Source: an uncultured Gammaproteobacteria bacterium (GTDB taxonomy: Bacteria > Pseudomonadota > Gammaproteobacteria > Arenicellales > JAANXG01). Taken from it: DNA of 64,000 nt. Location of the stretch: NCBI GenBank assembly GCA_947258975.1, contig CAMYKK010000013.1:9496-73495 (forward strand), given 5' to 3'. Below are positions 7,628-17,850 of the stretch, in pieces. How positions within the stretch are numbered: the stretch's first letter is position 1; the number at the start of each line of letters is the position of its first letter. The notes under the pieces were generated by a model that worked only from the letters and a program-made list of their open reading frames with translations, was not told where the DNA came from and searched no databases. The translations under genes were made by a program, and so were the position numbers.

Positions 7628-9467
7628 ATGCGAACCAAGAGCTATGTTTTAACCGCGATCCTGGCCGTTGTGCTGGTGGCCAGTTTGTGGTGGATCGTAG
7701 AGGGATTCCAGGTCACCGAAAAGCAATACGGTGCACGACCGGTCGACGCGCAGATCAAGGCAGTTGCGGCCGCGCAAGCGCTTCTGGCCCTTGAACGCAG
7801 TGCCCCGTCGCCCCGCGATGAGGTAGCGTTAGCCAATCTGTTGATGTTGTTCCGTGACGCCACCGACGTGCCGCTCGCGGGGGTGCAGGTCACACTTGTG
7901 GCGCATTCCGGTAACGTTAATGGCGAGTCCAGGCTCACCCGCGCCGATGGCAAGGCCGCCTTCGAAGGGATTGCTGCCGGGATGTATTTCTACGCGTTGT
8001 CTGCGCCGGCGCGGCCAATCCTGATCTCTTTGCAGCCGCTGCGCTTGGCCGGCGGCGATACCAAGTCTGTAGAACTGCGGATATCCGATTATGATCGCAC
8101 TATAAGCGGTCGGGTTCTTGACCGACGCGGATCCCCGGTGGACGGGCTGACGTTGACGGCGCGCGAGTATCACGCGCGGGCCGGGCCGACAGACACAGCC
8201 CTGCGATTCGAGTCGCGGCACACGGCGCGCACCGGCGCCGACGGGAAGTTTGAAATTACCGGCTTACGGGATGGCGAATACCAAGTCAGCATCGGGCGCA
8301 ACGAGACTTATCCGCCGGTCATGACAACCGTGCGTGCCGGAACCGAGTCGATGGTGCTCTATGTGACCGAAGGACGCATGCTCCGGGTCTCCGGCCGGGT
8401 GACGGACCCCGCCGGCAAACCCCTCGCCGCGGTACAGGTCATAGCCACTGGTCATTCCGGGGGCATCACGCACAGTGATTCGACCGGACGGTATGAACTC
8501 ACGCTGCATGCGGAACACACGAAGAACCGGCAGCCGATCCGCTTCGTGTTGCAGGGCTACCGTGAGTCGAGTTCGACGCTGCAAATCCAGACCCTTGCAG
8601 AGCTGGATGAGATAACCGCCGACGCGGCCCTCGAACCCCTCGGGCCGCATTTGGCCGTGTTCGGCATAATCAAGGATCGGCACGGTGCACCGGTGGCCGG
8701 GGAACGGGTCCAGCTCGAGTCTTCCGCTTTGCGCACCAGTTATCACGGTTTGAGCAACACTGATGGGGAGTTTTCATTCACAGCGGTCGCCATGAGTGCG
8801 GACTATAAGCTGCAGGTACGACCGAAGGGCGGGTACCGTGACTATATGCGGCAGCCTCTCGATCTGACGGTTGATGCTTCGCCACTCGAAATCGTCCTGG
8901 AATCACTGGCAACCGGAAGGCTGATCGGACGCATGGTCGGGCCTCAGGGCAACCCGGTACCCCATCTTCGGCTGTGGCTGCGCAGCAACCATGCTCAGGG
9001 CCAGACGCTGGAGCTCATAGGCGACGCCAACGGCAACTTTGCGCTCGATCGGGTGCCCGGAAGGGAAGCTCGTCATCGGCACGCGCTCCACGCCGCAGCT
9101 GCGCATCAGTGGCATCGAGATCGATGCCGGCGCCGAGCGATATGTCGAGCTGGTGCTGGATCAAGGCGAAGCCGCGGTGGCCGGCCGGGTCAGCGGCGCG
9201 CAGGGTAATCCGCTCGCCGGTGCGCGCGTCCGTCTGCACAGCACCGGGCAGCGCGAACCGTTACACAGCCGATCTACGCATACCACGGTGACCGACGCAG
9301 ACGGCACGTTCAGTCTCACGCAGCTGGGTCCGGGATCGCGCCAGCTGAACGTCAGCGCGCCGGGCTATGCCGGCCGGCAACAGATGTTGTCGCGCGGTCA
9401 GGCTTGGGTCGAAGTACACCTTGACCCGCTGTCAAACCAGCTCCGCGCATCAAGCGGTCGTGATTGA
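7628..9467 (+). pseudogene. Membrane-anchored protein with >=5 carboxypeptidase-regulatory-like (CarboxypepD_reg) repeats; apparent +1 frameshift near 9056..9060
   Basis: Repeats: SGRVLDRRGSPVDGLTL, VSGRVTDPAGKPLAAVQV, FGIIKDRHGAPVAGERV, LIGRMVGPQGNPVPHLRL, VAGRVSGAQGNPLAGARV. Frame 1 turns to Arg/Ala-rich nonsense after ...FALDRVPG. The sensible sequence continues in ORF 9039..9467 (PEGKLVIGTRSTPQLRISG...). Confidence 0.6.
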
Positions 9468-9801
9468 CGGTCGCCCGGCTGTTCCCGGCCTCAATGACAA
9501 CGCAAAACGTATTGCTGCCACGACCGCGATAGGTCTTGCGAACCCACCCGCTGCGCGCCCCGCTTTGTCGAAATCCGCTCTCAGGCCTTATATTTATCCC
9601 GTATAACACCAACAATGAAAGCGTAACGTTCGCACACTTGACGTGCCTGGTCCAAGTTGACGACCGCGAAGGAGAGAACGGCTGTTGCAGATGGCCTTAC
9701 GCCAGGATTATTGCGCGGCTTTACCAAGGTTTTTTCTCGTTCGTCCTGAACGTAAAACGACCTGGTCTGATTAACATTTACGAGTACAGTGGAGGTCCAC
9801 C

Positions 9802-10701
9802 ATGTCGCTTAACAGGCCCATGACTATCGAAAGAAATCCGCACTATCTGTTCATACCATGCGTACTGGCTGCGGGGTTCCTGCTCGGTACGTTTCTGCCT
9901 TCCACGGCAACCGCCCAAACATGCAACGCCGATGGCGGCCCCGCCACCGTGAATATCGGCGATGGCGTCGCGATGGAGGATGCGGGTACCGTCACCTTTG
10001 TTATCACCTGCAATCCGTGCGGCAAGGTCAACGCCAACACTTGGTGGAAGAACACCAATGGCAGCGCCACGGCGGGCGTCGACTACACGGCCATCGACGG
10101 ACAGTTGATTACCATCGGCACCACCGCCGACGACCTCCAGACGTACAATCTCGTCGTCACACTCCTCGACGACGCGGACTTCGAAGGAGACGAGAGCTTC
10201 ACGGTCGGGCTCGGCGGCCAACCGATGGGGGAGGCAAATCCTTCGGTCGGGCCGCCGTGTCTGTTCCTGGGTGATACGACTGCAGACGGCACCATTCAGA
10301 ATGATGACCCAGAAAACCAGCCGCCCAACGCCGACGCCGGCGGGCCGTATTCGGTGCCCGAGGGTGGCAACGTCGCCCTCAATGGCGCCGGCAGTGCGGA
10401 TCCGGACGATGATCCCCTCACCTATGCATGGGATCTGGACAACAACGGCAGCTTTGAGACATCGGGGGTCTCCCCATCCTTCTCGGCCGTGGGCCGTGAC
10501 GGACCCGACACCCAGACCGTAGTGTTGCGGGTGAGCGATGGCATAGAGACGGACACCGACAGGCTTGCTCCCCTGCTATGCGGGGACAAGAGCCGCGATC
10601 CTGCCGACGGGATGCACCACCCAGAAGAGTTCTTGAGAGACGGGGCTTGTCATTTGTATCCCGCTATTCGGCCTGCCGGTGCATTTGATCGGATGCAATA
10701 G
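9802..10701 (+). CDS. Secreted Calx-beta + PKD domain protein (PKD domain and C-terminus look truncated)
   Basis: Signal peptide ...FLPSTATAQT. Calx-beta signature GSATAGVDYTAIDGQLITI...LLDDADFEGDESFTVGL. PKD signature ADAGGPYSVPEGGNVALNGAGSADPDDDPLTYAWDLDNNGSFE...VVLRVSDG. Confidence 0.7.
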   Translation: MSLNRPMTIERNPHYLFIPCVLAAGFLLGTFLPSTATAQTCNADGGPATVNIGDGVAMEDAGTVTFVITCNPCGKVNANTWWKNTNGSATAGVDYTAIDGQLITIGTTADDLQTYNLVVTLLDDADFEGDESFTVGLGGQPMGEANPSVGPPCLFLGDTTADGTIQNDDPENQPPNADAGGPYSVPEGGNVALNGAGSADPDDDPLTYAWDLDNNGSFETSGVSPSFSAVGRDGPDTQTVVLRVSDGIETDTDRLAPLLCGDKSRDPADGMHHPEEFLRDGACHLYPAIRPAGAFDRMQ

Positions 10702-10760
10702 GACTAGGATCATATCCATCCTAAAATATCACAAATGCCTCAATTCCGTCCGGAGAAAAT

Positions 10761-11528
10761 ATGATCCAAGCACAGCACTCCACTGCTTCACTGACCCGTC
10801 TCGCGCTCATCTCCGTGGTCGCAGGTTTCCTCGCCCTGGGGTGCGGCGGCGGTGGCACCTCGACCGGTGGCGGCAATACCAGTACGTCCGCCAGTTCTAC
10901 CATTGTGCTCCAATTATCAAACTCCACCGTCGCCGCGTTCGTCGCGCCCCGAACACACGGCGCTCCGTGGCGATCGATCATTGAAGCAGGCGCCGACCTT
11001 TTGATCCCACCCGCTTATGCGCAATCCGCCAACATCGAAGTATTTCTCGACGGTGTGTCAGTGGGATTCGTAGAAGAAGGCGGCACGATCATATTTCCCG
11101 CCACCGCCGGCCCCCATGAGATCGCCCTGAACAACGGCACCATCATACGCTCGTTCAACGTCGACGTTCCGGCGGACACCATCGTCACGATCTCCGACGT
11201 CAGACTGGATGCCGACCAGTTGACATTTGGTCCAACAAAGATCGATGACGGCACTTCGAGTCAGTTCGCCAACAAGACCACGATTTGCCATAAAGGCAGG
11301 AAGAGCCTTTCGGTTGGCGATCCCGCGGTACCCGCCCATCTCGCGCATGGCGACACCCGCGGTCCGTGCGCAGCGGCGGCGCAACCGGTCGCCGCCGACT
11401 CGGGCAACGGCAGCGATCAGGTGACCCAACAGGATGATGCGGATCAGAGTCCCGATGACGGTAATGGAAATAACCTTGACAACGGAAGAAACAATAACGG
11501 AAACACGGGAAACGGGAGGCGCTCCTAA
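10761..11528 (+). CDS. Hypothetical lipoprotein with Gly/Ser/Thr linker and Asn/Gly/Asp-rich tail
   Basis: Lipobox FLALGC followed by GGGGTSTGGG. C-terminal motif TICHKGRKSLSVGDPAVPAHLAHGDTRGPC. No enzymatic motif recognised. Confidence 0.6.
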   Translation: MIQAQHSTASLTRLALISVVAGFLALGCGGGGTSTGGGNTSTSASSTIVLQLSNSTVAAFVAPRTHGAPWRSIIEAGADLLIPPAYAQSANIEVFLDGVSVGFVEEGGTIIFPATAGPHEIALNNGTIIRSFNVDVPADTIVTISDVRLDADQLTFGPTKIDDGTSSQFANKTTICHKGRKSLSVGDPAVPAHLAHGDTRGPCAAAAQPVAADSGNGSDQVTQQDDADQSPDDGNGNNLDNGRNNNGNTGNGRRS

Positions 11529-11854
11529 GCGCTTGGTGACAGCCGACTGCGACTACCCGGGAGGCGTTGGAAAGCGCCTCCCGGGGCAATCATCGCGGCG
11601 TTTGCGCGCGCTCTCACGTCAAGCTTGAGTCCCGGCACAGTCACTCCCTGTCGGATTCGCGGCGTGCGCGGTAAACTGCCGTCCACCTGCCAGCGATTCT
11701 CCCCGGGATTGCACATTACGGCAGCTCCCCATTGACCCTCGATCGGACTGCAAACGATATCGCCTGCGTTTGCCTCCTTGGATCTCGGGCGGCACTTGCA
11801 GTGTAAGGTAATACCAAATTTTTTGGGTGTATCCGGAAAATCGCTCATGTGCAT
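11525..11854 (-). CDS. Hypothetical protein (weak call)
   Basis: 109-aa ORF with no recognisable family or Shine-Dalgarno sequence. Its 3' end contains the 11556..11585 hairpin. Confidence 0.2.
   Translation of the reverse strand: MHMSDFPDTPKKFGITLHCKCRPRSKEANAGDIVCSPIEGQWGAAVMCNPGENRWQVDGSLPRTPRIRQGVTVPGLKLDVRARANAAMIAPGGAFQRLPGSRSRLSPSA
11556..11585. terminator. Perfect 11-bp GC-rich hairpin downstream of the lipoprotein gene
   Basis: CCCGGGAGGCG-ttggaaag-CGCCTCCCGGG. There is no adjacent U-tract on either strand, so it is not a canonical intrinsic terminator. Confidence 0.3.
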
Positions 11855-11933
11855 TTGATCGGGATCAAAAAGCGTATTGACGGGCGGATGTTAAGCTCGA
11901 AGCCCTTGGACGATACACAGCGAGACGCGCGAC

Positions 11934-12476
11934 ATGAAAAAGCTGGGTTTACTGTTTGAAACGCTGCTTTGGGAGAGCCGATTTATCGTAATCGCCGCTG
12001 TCGTAGTCAGTCTAGTATCTTCCCTGGCGATGTTTTATGTCGCATCGGTAGACGCCGTCTACATGATTTCCCACTTGAATGAATATACCCCCGGTCTGGA
12101 TGCAGTCGCCCGCAGCCAGTTGCGCAGTGAGACCGTAACCCACGTTGTGGAAACCGTTGACGGTTATCTATTGGCTACGTTTCTGTTGATCTTCGCTTTC
12201 GGATTGTACGAGTTGTTTATCAGTCGAATCGAACGTGCGGAAGAATCAGAAACCGGCTCCGGTGTGTTGATCATCGACAGCCTGGACGAATTGAAAGCCC
12301 GGCTGGCCAAAGTTGTGTTGATGATTCTGGTGGTCAAGTTCTTCGAGCATGCGATCGGCATCGCTTACCAGTCACCGTTGGAGTTGGTCCAACTCGGTGG
12401 AGGGATCGCCCTAATCGGTCTGGCACTGTATTTTACCCACGCGAGTGAGAGCATACCGAACAAAAAAACTAATTGA
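11934..12476 (+). CDS. yqhA: YqhA-family (UPF0114) inner-membrane protein
   Basis: 180 aa. N-terminus LFETLLWESRFIVIAAVV, then ...VDGYLLATFLLIFAFGLYELFIS...LKARLAKVVLMILVV, typical of YqhA. Confidence 0.8.
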   Translation: MKKLGLLFETLLWESRFIVIAAVVVSLVSSLAMFYVASVDAVYMISHLNEYTPGLDAVARSQLRSETVTHVVETVDGYLLATFLLIFAFGLYELFISRIERAEESETGSGVLIIDSLDELKARLAKVVLMILVVKFFEHAIGIAYQSPLELVQLGGGIALIGLALYFTHASESIPNKKTN

Positions 12477-12500
12477 GCAAACGTTTCCTTTCAGAACAGC

Positions 12501-13046
12501 ATGGCGGATCTAGCAAAGCTGAAACAGCACGGATCCGGCTATGGAAACGCGTCGTGCGATGCGTGCCACACGCGGCATGCGTTTTCCAAGCTTGAGGCGC
12601 GGCAACCCCAGGCCCGTCAGACCTGCCACATGGGGTTTGACCACCTCCAATGGGAGAGGTACGCCAGCTCGAAACATGGCGTGCGCGCGCTACTGAAACA
12701 AAGTGGTGTTTTACCAAAAACGGTTGCCGCCCCAACCTGCCAGACGTGTCACATGCAGGGTGTCCTGGAGCAACCGGACGGTTACTCGGTAACGTTCCCA
12801 GATCTTCTGACTTTTCATCACGCACCGAGACCCATTGAGCAACGCTTATTTGTAATGCATCTCAAGCATCGCATGCGCACCTTCCAGGGCGCTTTTCACG
12901 CGAATCCGGATTATGCCTTATGGTACGCAGATGGAGTGAAATGGTGCGTGACCTCATGTTTCAATCTGATCGCGGCCAAATATCCGCTGATATCTGCTGC
13001 CCTCGCCGTAATTGTCTGGATGGGTGCGCACAGCCGCCAGCTATGA
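12501..13046 (+). pseudogene. Relic of a multihaem c-type cytochrome (HAO/octahaem-like family), N-terminally truncated
   Basis: Haem motifs CDACH and CQTCH. Family-like block ...EARQPQARQTCHMGFDHLQWERYASSKHG, in which the first Cys of the expected CxxCH is Arg (CGT at 12615..12617). No signal peptide. The distal half is non-cytochrome-like. Confidence 0.5.
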
Positions 13047-13326
13047 GGCGCCGCCGGTGTTGGCGCTGTTCGCGCTTTTTTACTCCACCGCACTACCCGC
13101 TGGCGGCGCACTTGGACGCTGGGGAGTGATTCGCCCGGATTGGCCAAATAGATTATCGGCAAACCGTCTAAATTGGAATAGCGAACACTAACCGCTTTGT
13201 TTTAAGACAATTGCGCAACTGGCTGTGTCCCAGGCAATATCGTTGATTCACACTGTGCACGAGGTTAAGCGCCAGATGCCGTTTGATCAAACTTGTTGTT
13301 TATATTGCCGATTCACACGATAGGTA

Positions 13327-13686
13327 TTGAAAAGTCACAAAATGTCATCACCCAAAGAAAATTCTCCAGATAAAGAATTGCTCAAGGCTTTTAAAGCGGC
13401 CGGTGTGGTCGAGTACTTGCAGTATTTGCAATCGGGCCGACGAATCATGTGGACCAATTTCCTGGCCGGGATAACGAGAGGCTTCGGCATTACTATCGGT
13501 ATGACGGTAGTGCTGGGTATATTTATATGGATCCTCACACAGCTCGTCAGCCTGCCCTTTGTAGGCGAGTTTTTTCAGAACATAGAGGGACATATTCAGG
13601 AATACGCGGAAAAAACAAATTACACGGATGAGTTCGAGGAAATGCACCGACTCCTCCAGGAAATAAGCGATAAACAGAAACAATGA
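13327..13686 (+). CDS. Small membrane protein, DUF5665-like
   Basis: 119 aa. WTNFLAGITRGFGITIGMTVVLGIFIWIL resembles the DUF5665 core. The C-terminal tail is acidic. Confidence 0.5.
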   Translation: MKSHKMSSPKENSPDKELLKAFKAAGVVEYLQYLQSGRRIMWTNFLAGITRGFGITIGMTVVLGIFIWILTQLVSLPFVGEFFQNIEGHIQEYAEKTNYTDEFEEMHRLLQEISDKQKQ

Positions 13687-13868
13687 AAACACAATTAACG
13701 ACTGACTTTAGTCATCCTCGATTGGCCCAAAGCGCTGAACAGCCATCAGAATCCAGGTCCGCGAGCCGCTGTAAGCGGGCTGTTGTAAACGCGCAACAAG
13801 GCGTTCATTTATAAGGTAGACAAGGGATTTTTCGGCGCAGATCAATTCACTATCCATGGTGACGACAC

Positions 13869-16800
13869 ATGGTCGAAGTACAGCATAACGTAGACGGTGA
13901 GGAGCGGGCTGCGGAGTTCCCTCGGAGAACCCCTCCTTCCCTGCCCGGTATCTGGGGGCAACGCTGGGTCCGTGTCATCGCCTATATGATTATTGCCGGC
14001 GTTGCGGTCATGGTCGCTATCCCGATCGCCATGAAACACTACCTGCAGAACTGGCTCGTCGACAACGGTGCCGATGAAGCAGTGATTCGAAACATCGATT
14101 TCAATCCGTTTGTCGGTTCGGTGAGGCTCGAGGATTTAGGCGTCAAGATTGCCGGCCGTACGGTGATGGGCAATGTTGATATCCACGTTGACGTGGGATT
14201 GACGGCGCTGCTCAATCGCACCATTACCGTGGAAAGCGCGACCCTGGACAACTTTCAACTCGAGATCGAACGCCTGGATGGCGGGCGCTTGCGCGTCGGC
14301 AGCCTTATGCTGGGAGACCCCGACCAGATCAAGCCGGCCGTATCCAAGGCGCTGAAGGCGAATGACGCAGTGATGGCCAAGGCCACTCAACCAGCAACGG
14401 AACCTAGCGCGACAGCCAAAGCGACACCTAAAGAAACAGGCAAGTCCTGGTTCATCAACCTGCGGCAGTTGCGGATGAGCAACAGCGAGATACGCTACCG
14501 GAGTCCGGAACTGAACGCGACCCTCGCCGTGATGTCGGCGAGCGTGGAGCGTGTTTACACCGGGTTTTCCAATGAACGTGGAGCCATCAAGCTGCAGGCA
14601 AGTTTGGATGGCGCACCCGTCGCGCTGGATGTGGTGTTAAACATCAACTCCGGACTCACCCTGCATGGCACAGTCAGGGTGGACGGTCTGCAGCTGGAAC
14701 CACTGAAGGGACTGATCAAGGAACAAGCACAGGAGCTGGGCGGCGTGGTGAACCTGGACGGTGACGTCACGTTTACGGACGGCCGGGAACAGCCCATGTC
14801 GGCAAAGTACAATGGCCGCGGGTCGCTGGCGGACATCGTGTTCCGCAACAAGGACCTGAGCGTCTCGGGTCAGACCATCAGTTGGAACGGTGCGATCACC
14901 GTCGCCGCGGACCAGAGCGCTCGGGTCATCGGCCTGGACGGCACCCTGGAAGGCGGCGGTCTGGGTCTGCAGATGCCCGCGCAACAGCTGAATCTGAAGC
15001 AAAGTTCTATCAAGCTCAGCGGCAGGTCTGACGTGACCTTGGGTGCTTCCCCAGCAGCGAAGTTCAACGGCGCCATTGCACTGTCAGGAACCGATCTTGG
15101 TGGATCCGAGCTGCAAGCCACCAACGATGCGATCTCCTGGGACGGCGCCGTGGAGTTCCTGTTGGGCCCGGGTGCAGAGCCGGACATCAAGCTTGACGGC
15201 AGCCTGACGGGCAGTGGCCTGAGGCTGGGTTTGACCACCCGGCAGATGTCCTTGGCGCAGAGCAAATTCAGCGCGGAAGGACGCACCCACGTGCAGATTG
15301 GCAACGCCATGCGGGCATCTTACACCGGCATCGTTGCCCTCGATGGACATCAGCTGCAAGCGCCGCGATTCGTGGTTGACGGCACATCTTTTGCCTGGAA
15401 CGGCACAACGGCCTTCATGGACAACGGCGACGCCGTACAGACCATCGACCTGGAAGGCAAGCTGTCGTTGACCGGCCTGTCGGCCGAGTTGCCGGAACAG
15501 GCAATCCATGCCACCCAGGGAAAGATCGGCATGGAAGCAAGAAGGATTAAGCTAACCCTCACGCCGGATCATGTCGACATCAGCGGGAACGCCACGCTCA
15601 ACGCTGCCGACACCGATGTAAAAAATTCGGAGAACGGCGCTCGGCTACTCTCCCTGGCGGGCCTTGTCGTCCATGACGTGGAGTTGCAGAGCAGCAAGCA
15701 ATTCACTGTTCCCAGCATCAAACTCAGCGGGCTCGCGGCCGGTAATCCGCGGTCACCGGATATGCGATTGAAGTTGGACGATCTGGCCCTGGAAACGGTC
15801 CGCGTGACCGGCCTCATCGACTTGAGTGTTGGCCAGGTGCGCACAACCAAGCTGCAAGTAGTCGATCAAACCAAAGACATCGTTCTTGCCCAGCTGAGTG
15901 ACGTAGGCATTACCGCGGTCACGACCTCCGGCGCGCAACGGGTGTCGGCGGAGGCGATTTCGTTGGGCGAGGTCACTTTGCTCGCGAAGCTTACCGAACC
16001 TGAAGTCCCTCCCCTCGGATTGATAGGCAAAACGCAAGTATCCGGCGTCACGGTCACCCCGGATGGTATGACGGTGGATGCGGTAAAGATCAATAGCGTC
16101 CAAGCCAACATCATTCGCACTCAAGGCAGTGAGGCGGCGGATACGCAACGCGCCAAAAGCACCGCTGTACCCGAGGTCGCTACGGACGACAAGGACGACA
16201 CAAAAGTGCAGGACGCGCAGATCGTCAACGGTACGGAGGACGGCAATGATTTTAAGTTCGATATCGGTACCCTGGAGCTGGCCGGCGACAGCCTCATAAT
16301 TTTTGAGGACCGCACGGTCACCCCAACCTTCCGCACGCCATTGCGAATCTCGACATTGAAACTCAAGACTCGCGATCGCGAACAGACTTTCGGTCCGATG
16401 GATATCACCATGAGCGGCGCCTTGGGTGAGTACGCGGTCATCAAGGCGGATGGCATGGCGGATCCAAGTGCCCGCGCCATCGATATCAAACTCGAACTCG
16501 CTGATGCAAATATGATTGTTTTGACGCCGTACACCCTGCGCAGGATAGGTTACACCGTGGATTCGGGGCACCTGAGCCTCGACGCGTCCATTCGCATCGC
16601 CAACGGCCGCATCGACTCTCAGAACAAACTGTTTCTACGCGAGCTGTACATGGAGAAAGCGTCGGAGGAACTCGCCGCGGAAGCGGAGGCCGAAGTCGGC
16701 ATGTCAATCGAAAAGGCCATGGATATGCTCCGCGACAAGCAGGGCAACATCGGCATGGACGTACCCATTTCCGGTGCGCTGAGTGACTTGAAAGTCGGTC

Positions 16801-17282
16801 TGGGCGACGCGATTGGCAAGGCCCTGCGCAGCGCATTGAAATCCAGCACCATTGCGTACTTGAAATTCGTCAACCCGACTTACGGCGTTGGTGTTACGGT
16901 GATTGAAAAGGTCAAGGAACAAATTCAAAAGATCCGCATTGGCCCGATCGAATACGAAGTCGGTAGATCCGATCTGCCGACAACCGCGGCCAAATATCTT
17001 GCTGAAACCGCAGCGAAATTGAAAAAAAATACGAAGTTGGATGTGCGGGTCTGCCCCTATGCCACGAACAAAGACTTGGCTGCCGTAGCAGGTAAATCAT
17101 TGAACGAGGTGGTGCGGAAGGAGATGATCGACAAAGTGGTGCAGTTGGGTCACGATCGCGCCGCGGGAATCAAGCAGGAGTTAATCACGCGGCACGATGT
17201 CGCTCCGGGTCGCGTCATTATTTGCGTCACCAAGTACGACAAAAAGGAAGGTGCCAAGCCCCGCGTGAAATTATTGTTCTAG
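13869..17282 (+). CDS. Large DUF748/AsmA-like repeat protein with N-terminal membrane anchor
   Basis: 1137 aa. TM segment VRVIAYMIIAGVAVMVAIPIAM followed by a long beta-rich repetitive region (…LDGTLEGGGLGL…, …LDGSLTGSGLRLG…). The C-terminal region matches the DUF748 pattern by recollection. Confidence 0.75.
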   Translation: MVEVQHNVDGEERAAEFPRRTPPSLPGIWGQRWVRVIAYMIIAGVAVMVAIPIAMKHYLQNWLVDNGADEAVIRNIDFNPFVGSVRLEDLGVKIAGRTVMGNVDIHVDVGLTALLNRTITVESATLDNFQLEIERLDGGRLRVGSLMLGDPDQIKPAVSKALKANDAVMAKATQPATEPSATAKATPKETGKSWFINLRQLRMSNSEIRYRSPELNATLAVMSASVERVYTGFSNERGAIKLQASLDGAPVALDVVLNINSGLTLHGTVRVDGLQLEPLKGLIKEQAQELGGVVNLDGDVTFTDGREQPMSAKYNGRGSLADIVFRNKDLSVSGQTISWNGAITVAADQSARVIGLDGTLEGGGLGLQMPAQQLNLKQSSIKLSGRSDVTLGASPAAKFNGAIALSGTDLGGSELQATNDAISWDGAVEFLLGPGAEPDIKLDGSLTGSGLRLGLTTRQMSLAQSKFSAEGRTHVQIGNAMRASYTGIVALDGHQLQAPRFVVDGTSFAWNGTTAFMDNGDAVQTIDLEGKLSLTGLSAELPEQAIHATQGKIGMEARRIKLTLTPDHVDISGNATLNAADTDVKNSENGARLLSLAGLVVHDVELQSSKQFTVPSIKLSGLAAGNPRSPDMRLKLDDLALETVRVTGLIDLSVGQVRTTKLQVVDQTKDIVLAQLSDVGITAVTTSGAQRVSAEAISLGEVTLLAKLTEPEVPPLGLIGKTQVSGVTVTPDGMTVDAVKINSVQANIIRTQGSEAADTQRAKSTAVPEVATDDKDDTKVQDAQIVNGTEDGNDFKFDIGTLELAGDSLIIFEDRTVTPTFRTPLRISTLKLKTRDREQTFGPMDITMSGALGEYAVIKADGMADPSARAIDIKLELADANMIVLTPYTLRRIGYTVDSGHLSLDASIRIANGRIDSQNKLFLRELYMEKASEELAAEAEAEVGMSIEKAMDMLRDKQGNIGMDVPISGALSDLKVGLGDAIGKALRSALKSSTIAYLKFVNPTYGVGVTVIEKVKEQIQKIRIGPIEYEVGRSDLPTTAAKYLAETAAKLKKNTKLDVRVCPYATNKDLAAVAGKSLNEVVRKEMIDKVVQLGHDRAAGIKQELITRHDVAPGRVIICVTKYDKKEGAKPRVKLLF

Positions 17283-17484
17283 CACGCAACGAGGAAAATT
17301 TCACTTTTGTCCCAGGCTGAAGATCACGCGCGCCGTAGTCGCGATACATGGCATGATAATCGAAGCCCGTTGAACAAAGGACCAAAACGCAATAGTATTG
17401 ATTCGCGTCGCTGAGACGGAACCGTTTACAGGCAAACCGTGCCTGAGAAACAACACTTGAAAGACAACACAGGGAGAGTGTGAT

Positions 17485-17850
17485 ATGTGTGTATTCGCTG
17501 TTAGCATCAGGTCGTGCGCAAATCGCACCGCCAAACTCGGGCTGTTCTTTTGCAGTATTTTGCTCGGTCTTGCTCCGCCACCTGCCCTCGCTCAATTCAT
17601 CAAGGAGATTGATGAACACGGTAACGTGACTTACCGCGACGACCCATCTTACGACTACACGATGGATCAACCTTCACCGGAAAATCAACAGATCAACGCT
17701 GAGCAGATCAAACGCTTGCGTGAATTCCTGAAACACCGCGATAAACGACCCGCCCCCGAGCCGCGGACACCCAACACCACCGTCAGAACCGGGCGCTCGG
17801 TATGCCTGCGCCGTCCGTCTATAGCCAACTCCCGGCTCGGTTGCCCCTGA
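17485..17850 (+). CDS. Small secreted protein, DUF4124-like
   Basis: Signal peptide ...LLGLAPPPALAQ followed by FIKEIDEHGNVTYRDDP, which resembles the DUF4124 W/Y-x-D-x-x-G-x-x-x-Y-x-D motif. Confidence 0.4.
   Translation: MCVFAVSIRSCANRTAKLGLFFCSILLGLAPPPALAQFIKEIDEHGNVTYRDDPSYDYTMDQPSPENQQINAEQIKRLREFLKHRDKRPAPEPRTPNTTVRTGRSVCLRRPSIANSRLGCP

Noticed and set aside
9039-9467. An ORF listed as a separate 142-aa gene.
   Set aside because: Its sensible sequence starts exactly where the 7628 frame loses sense. It carries the same repeat type, so I treat it as the downstream part of one frameshifted gene.
12469-12825. A 118-aa minus-strand ORF overlapping the cytochrome relic.
   Set aside because: It is an antisense shadow. 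The plus strand carries the CxxCH motifs and the family-specific block.
15753-16571. A 272-aa minus-strand ORF inside the DUF748 gene, along with similar long antisense ORFs at 20296..20835, 23347..24081, 31727..32641, 31965..32825 and 33241..33876.
   Set aside because: All lie fully within well-supported genes on the opposite strand or in another frame. Their Arg/Ala/Pro/Gly-rich composition is typical of shadow ORFs in GC-rich DNA.
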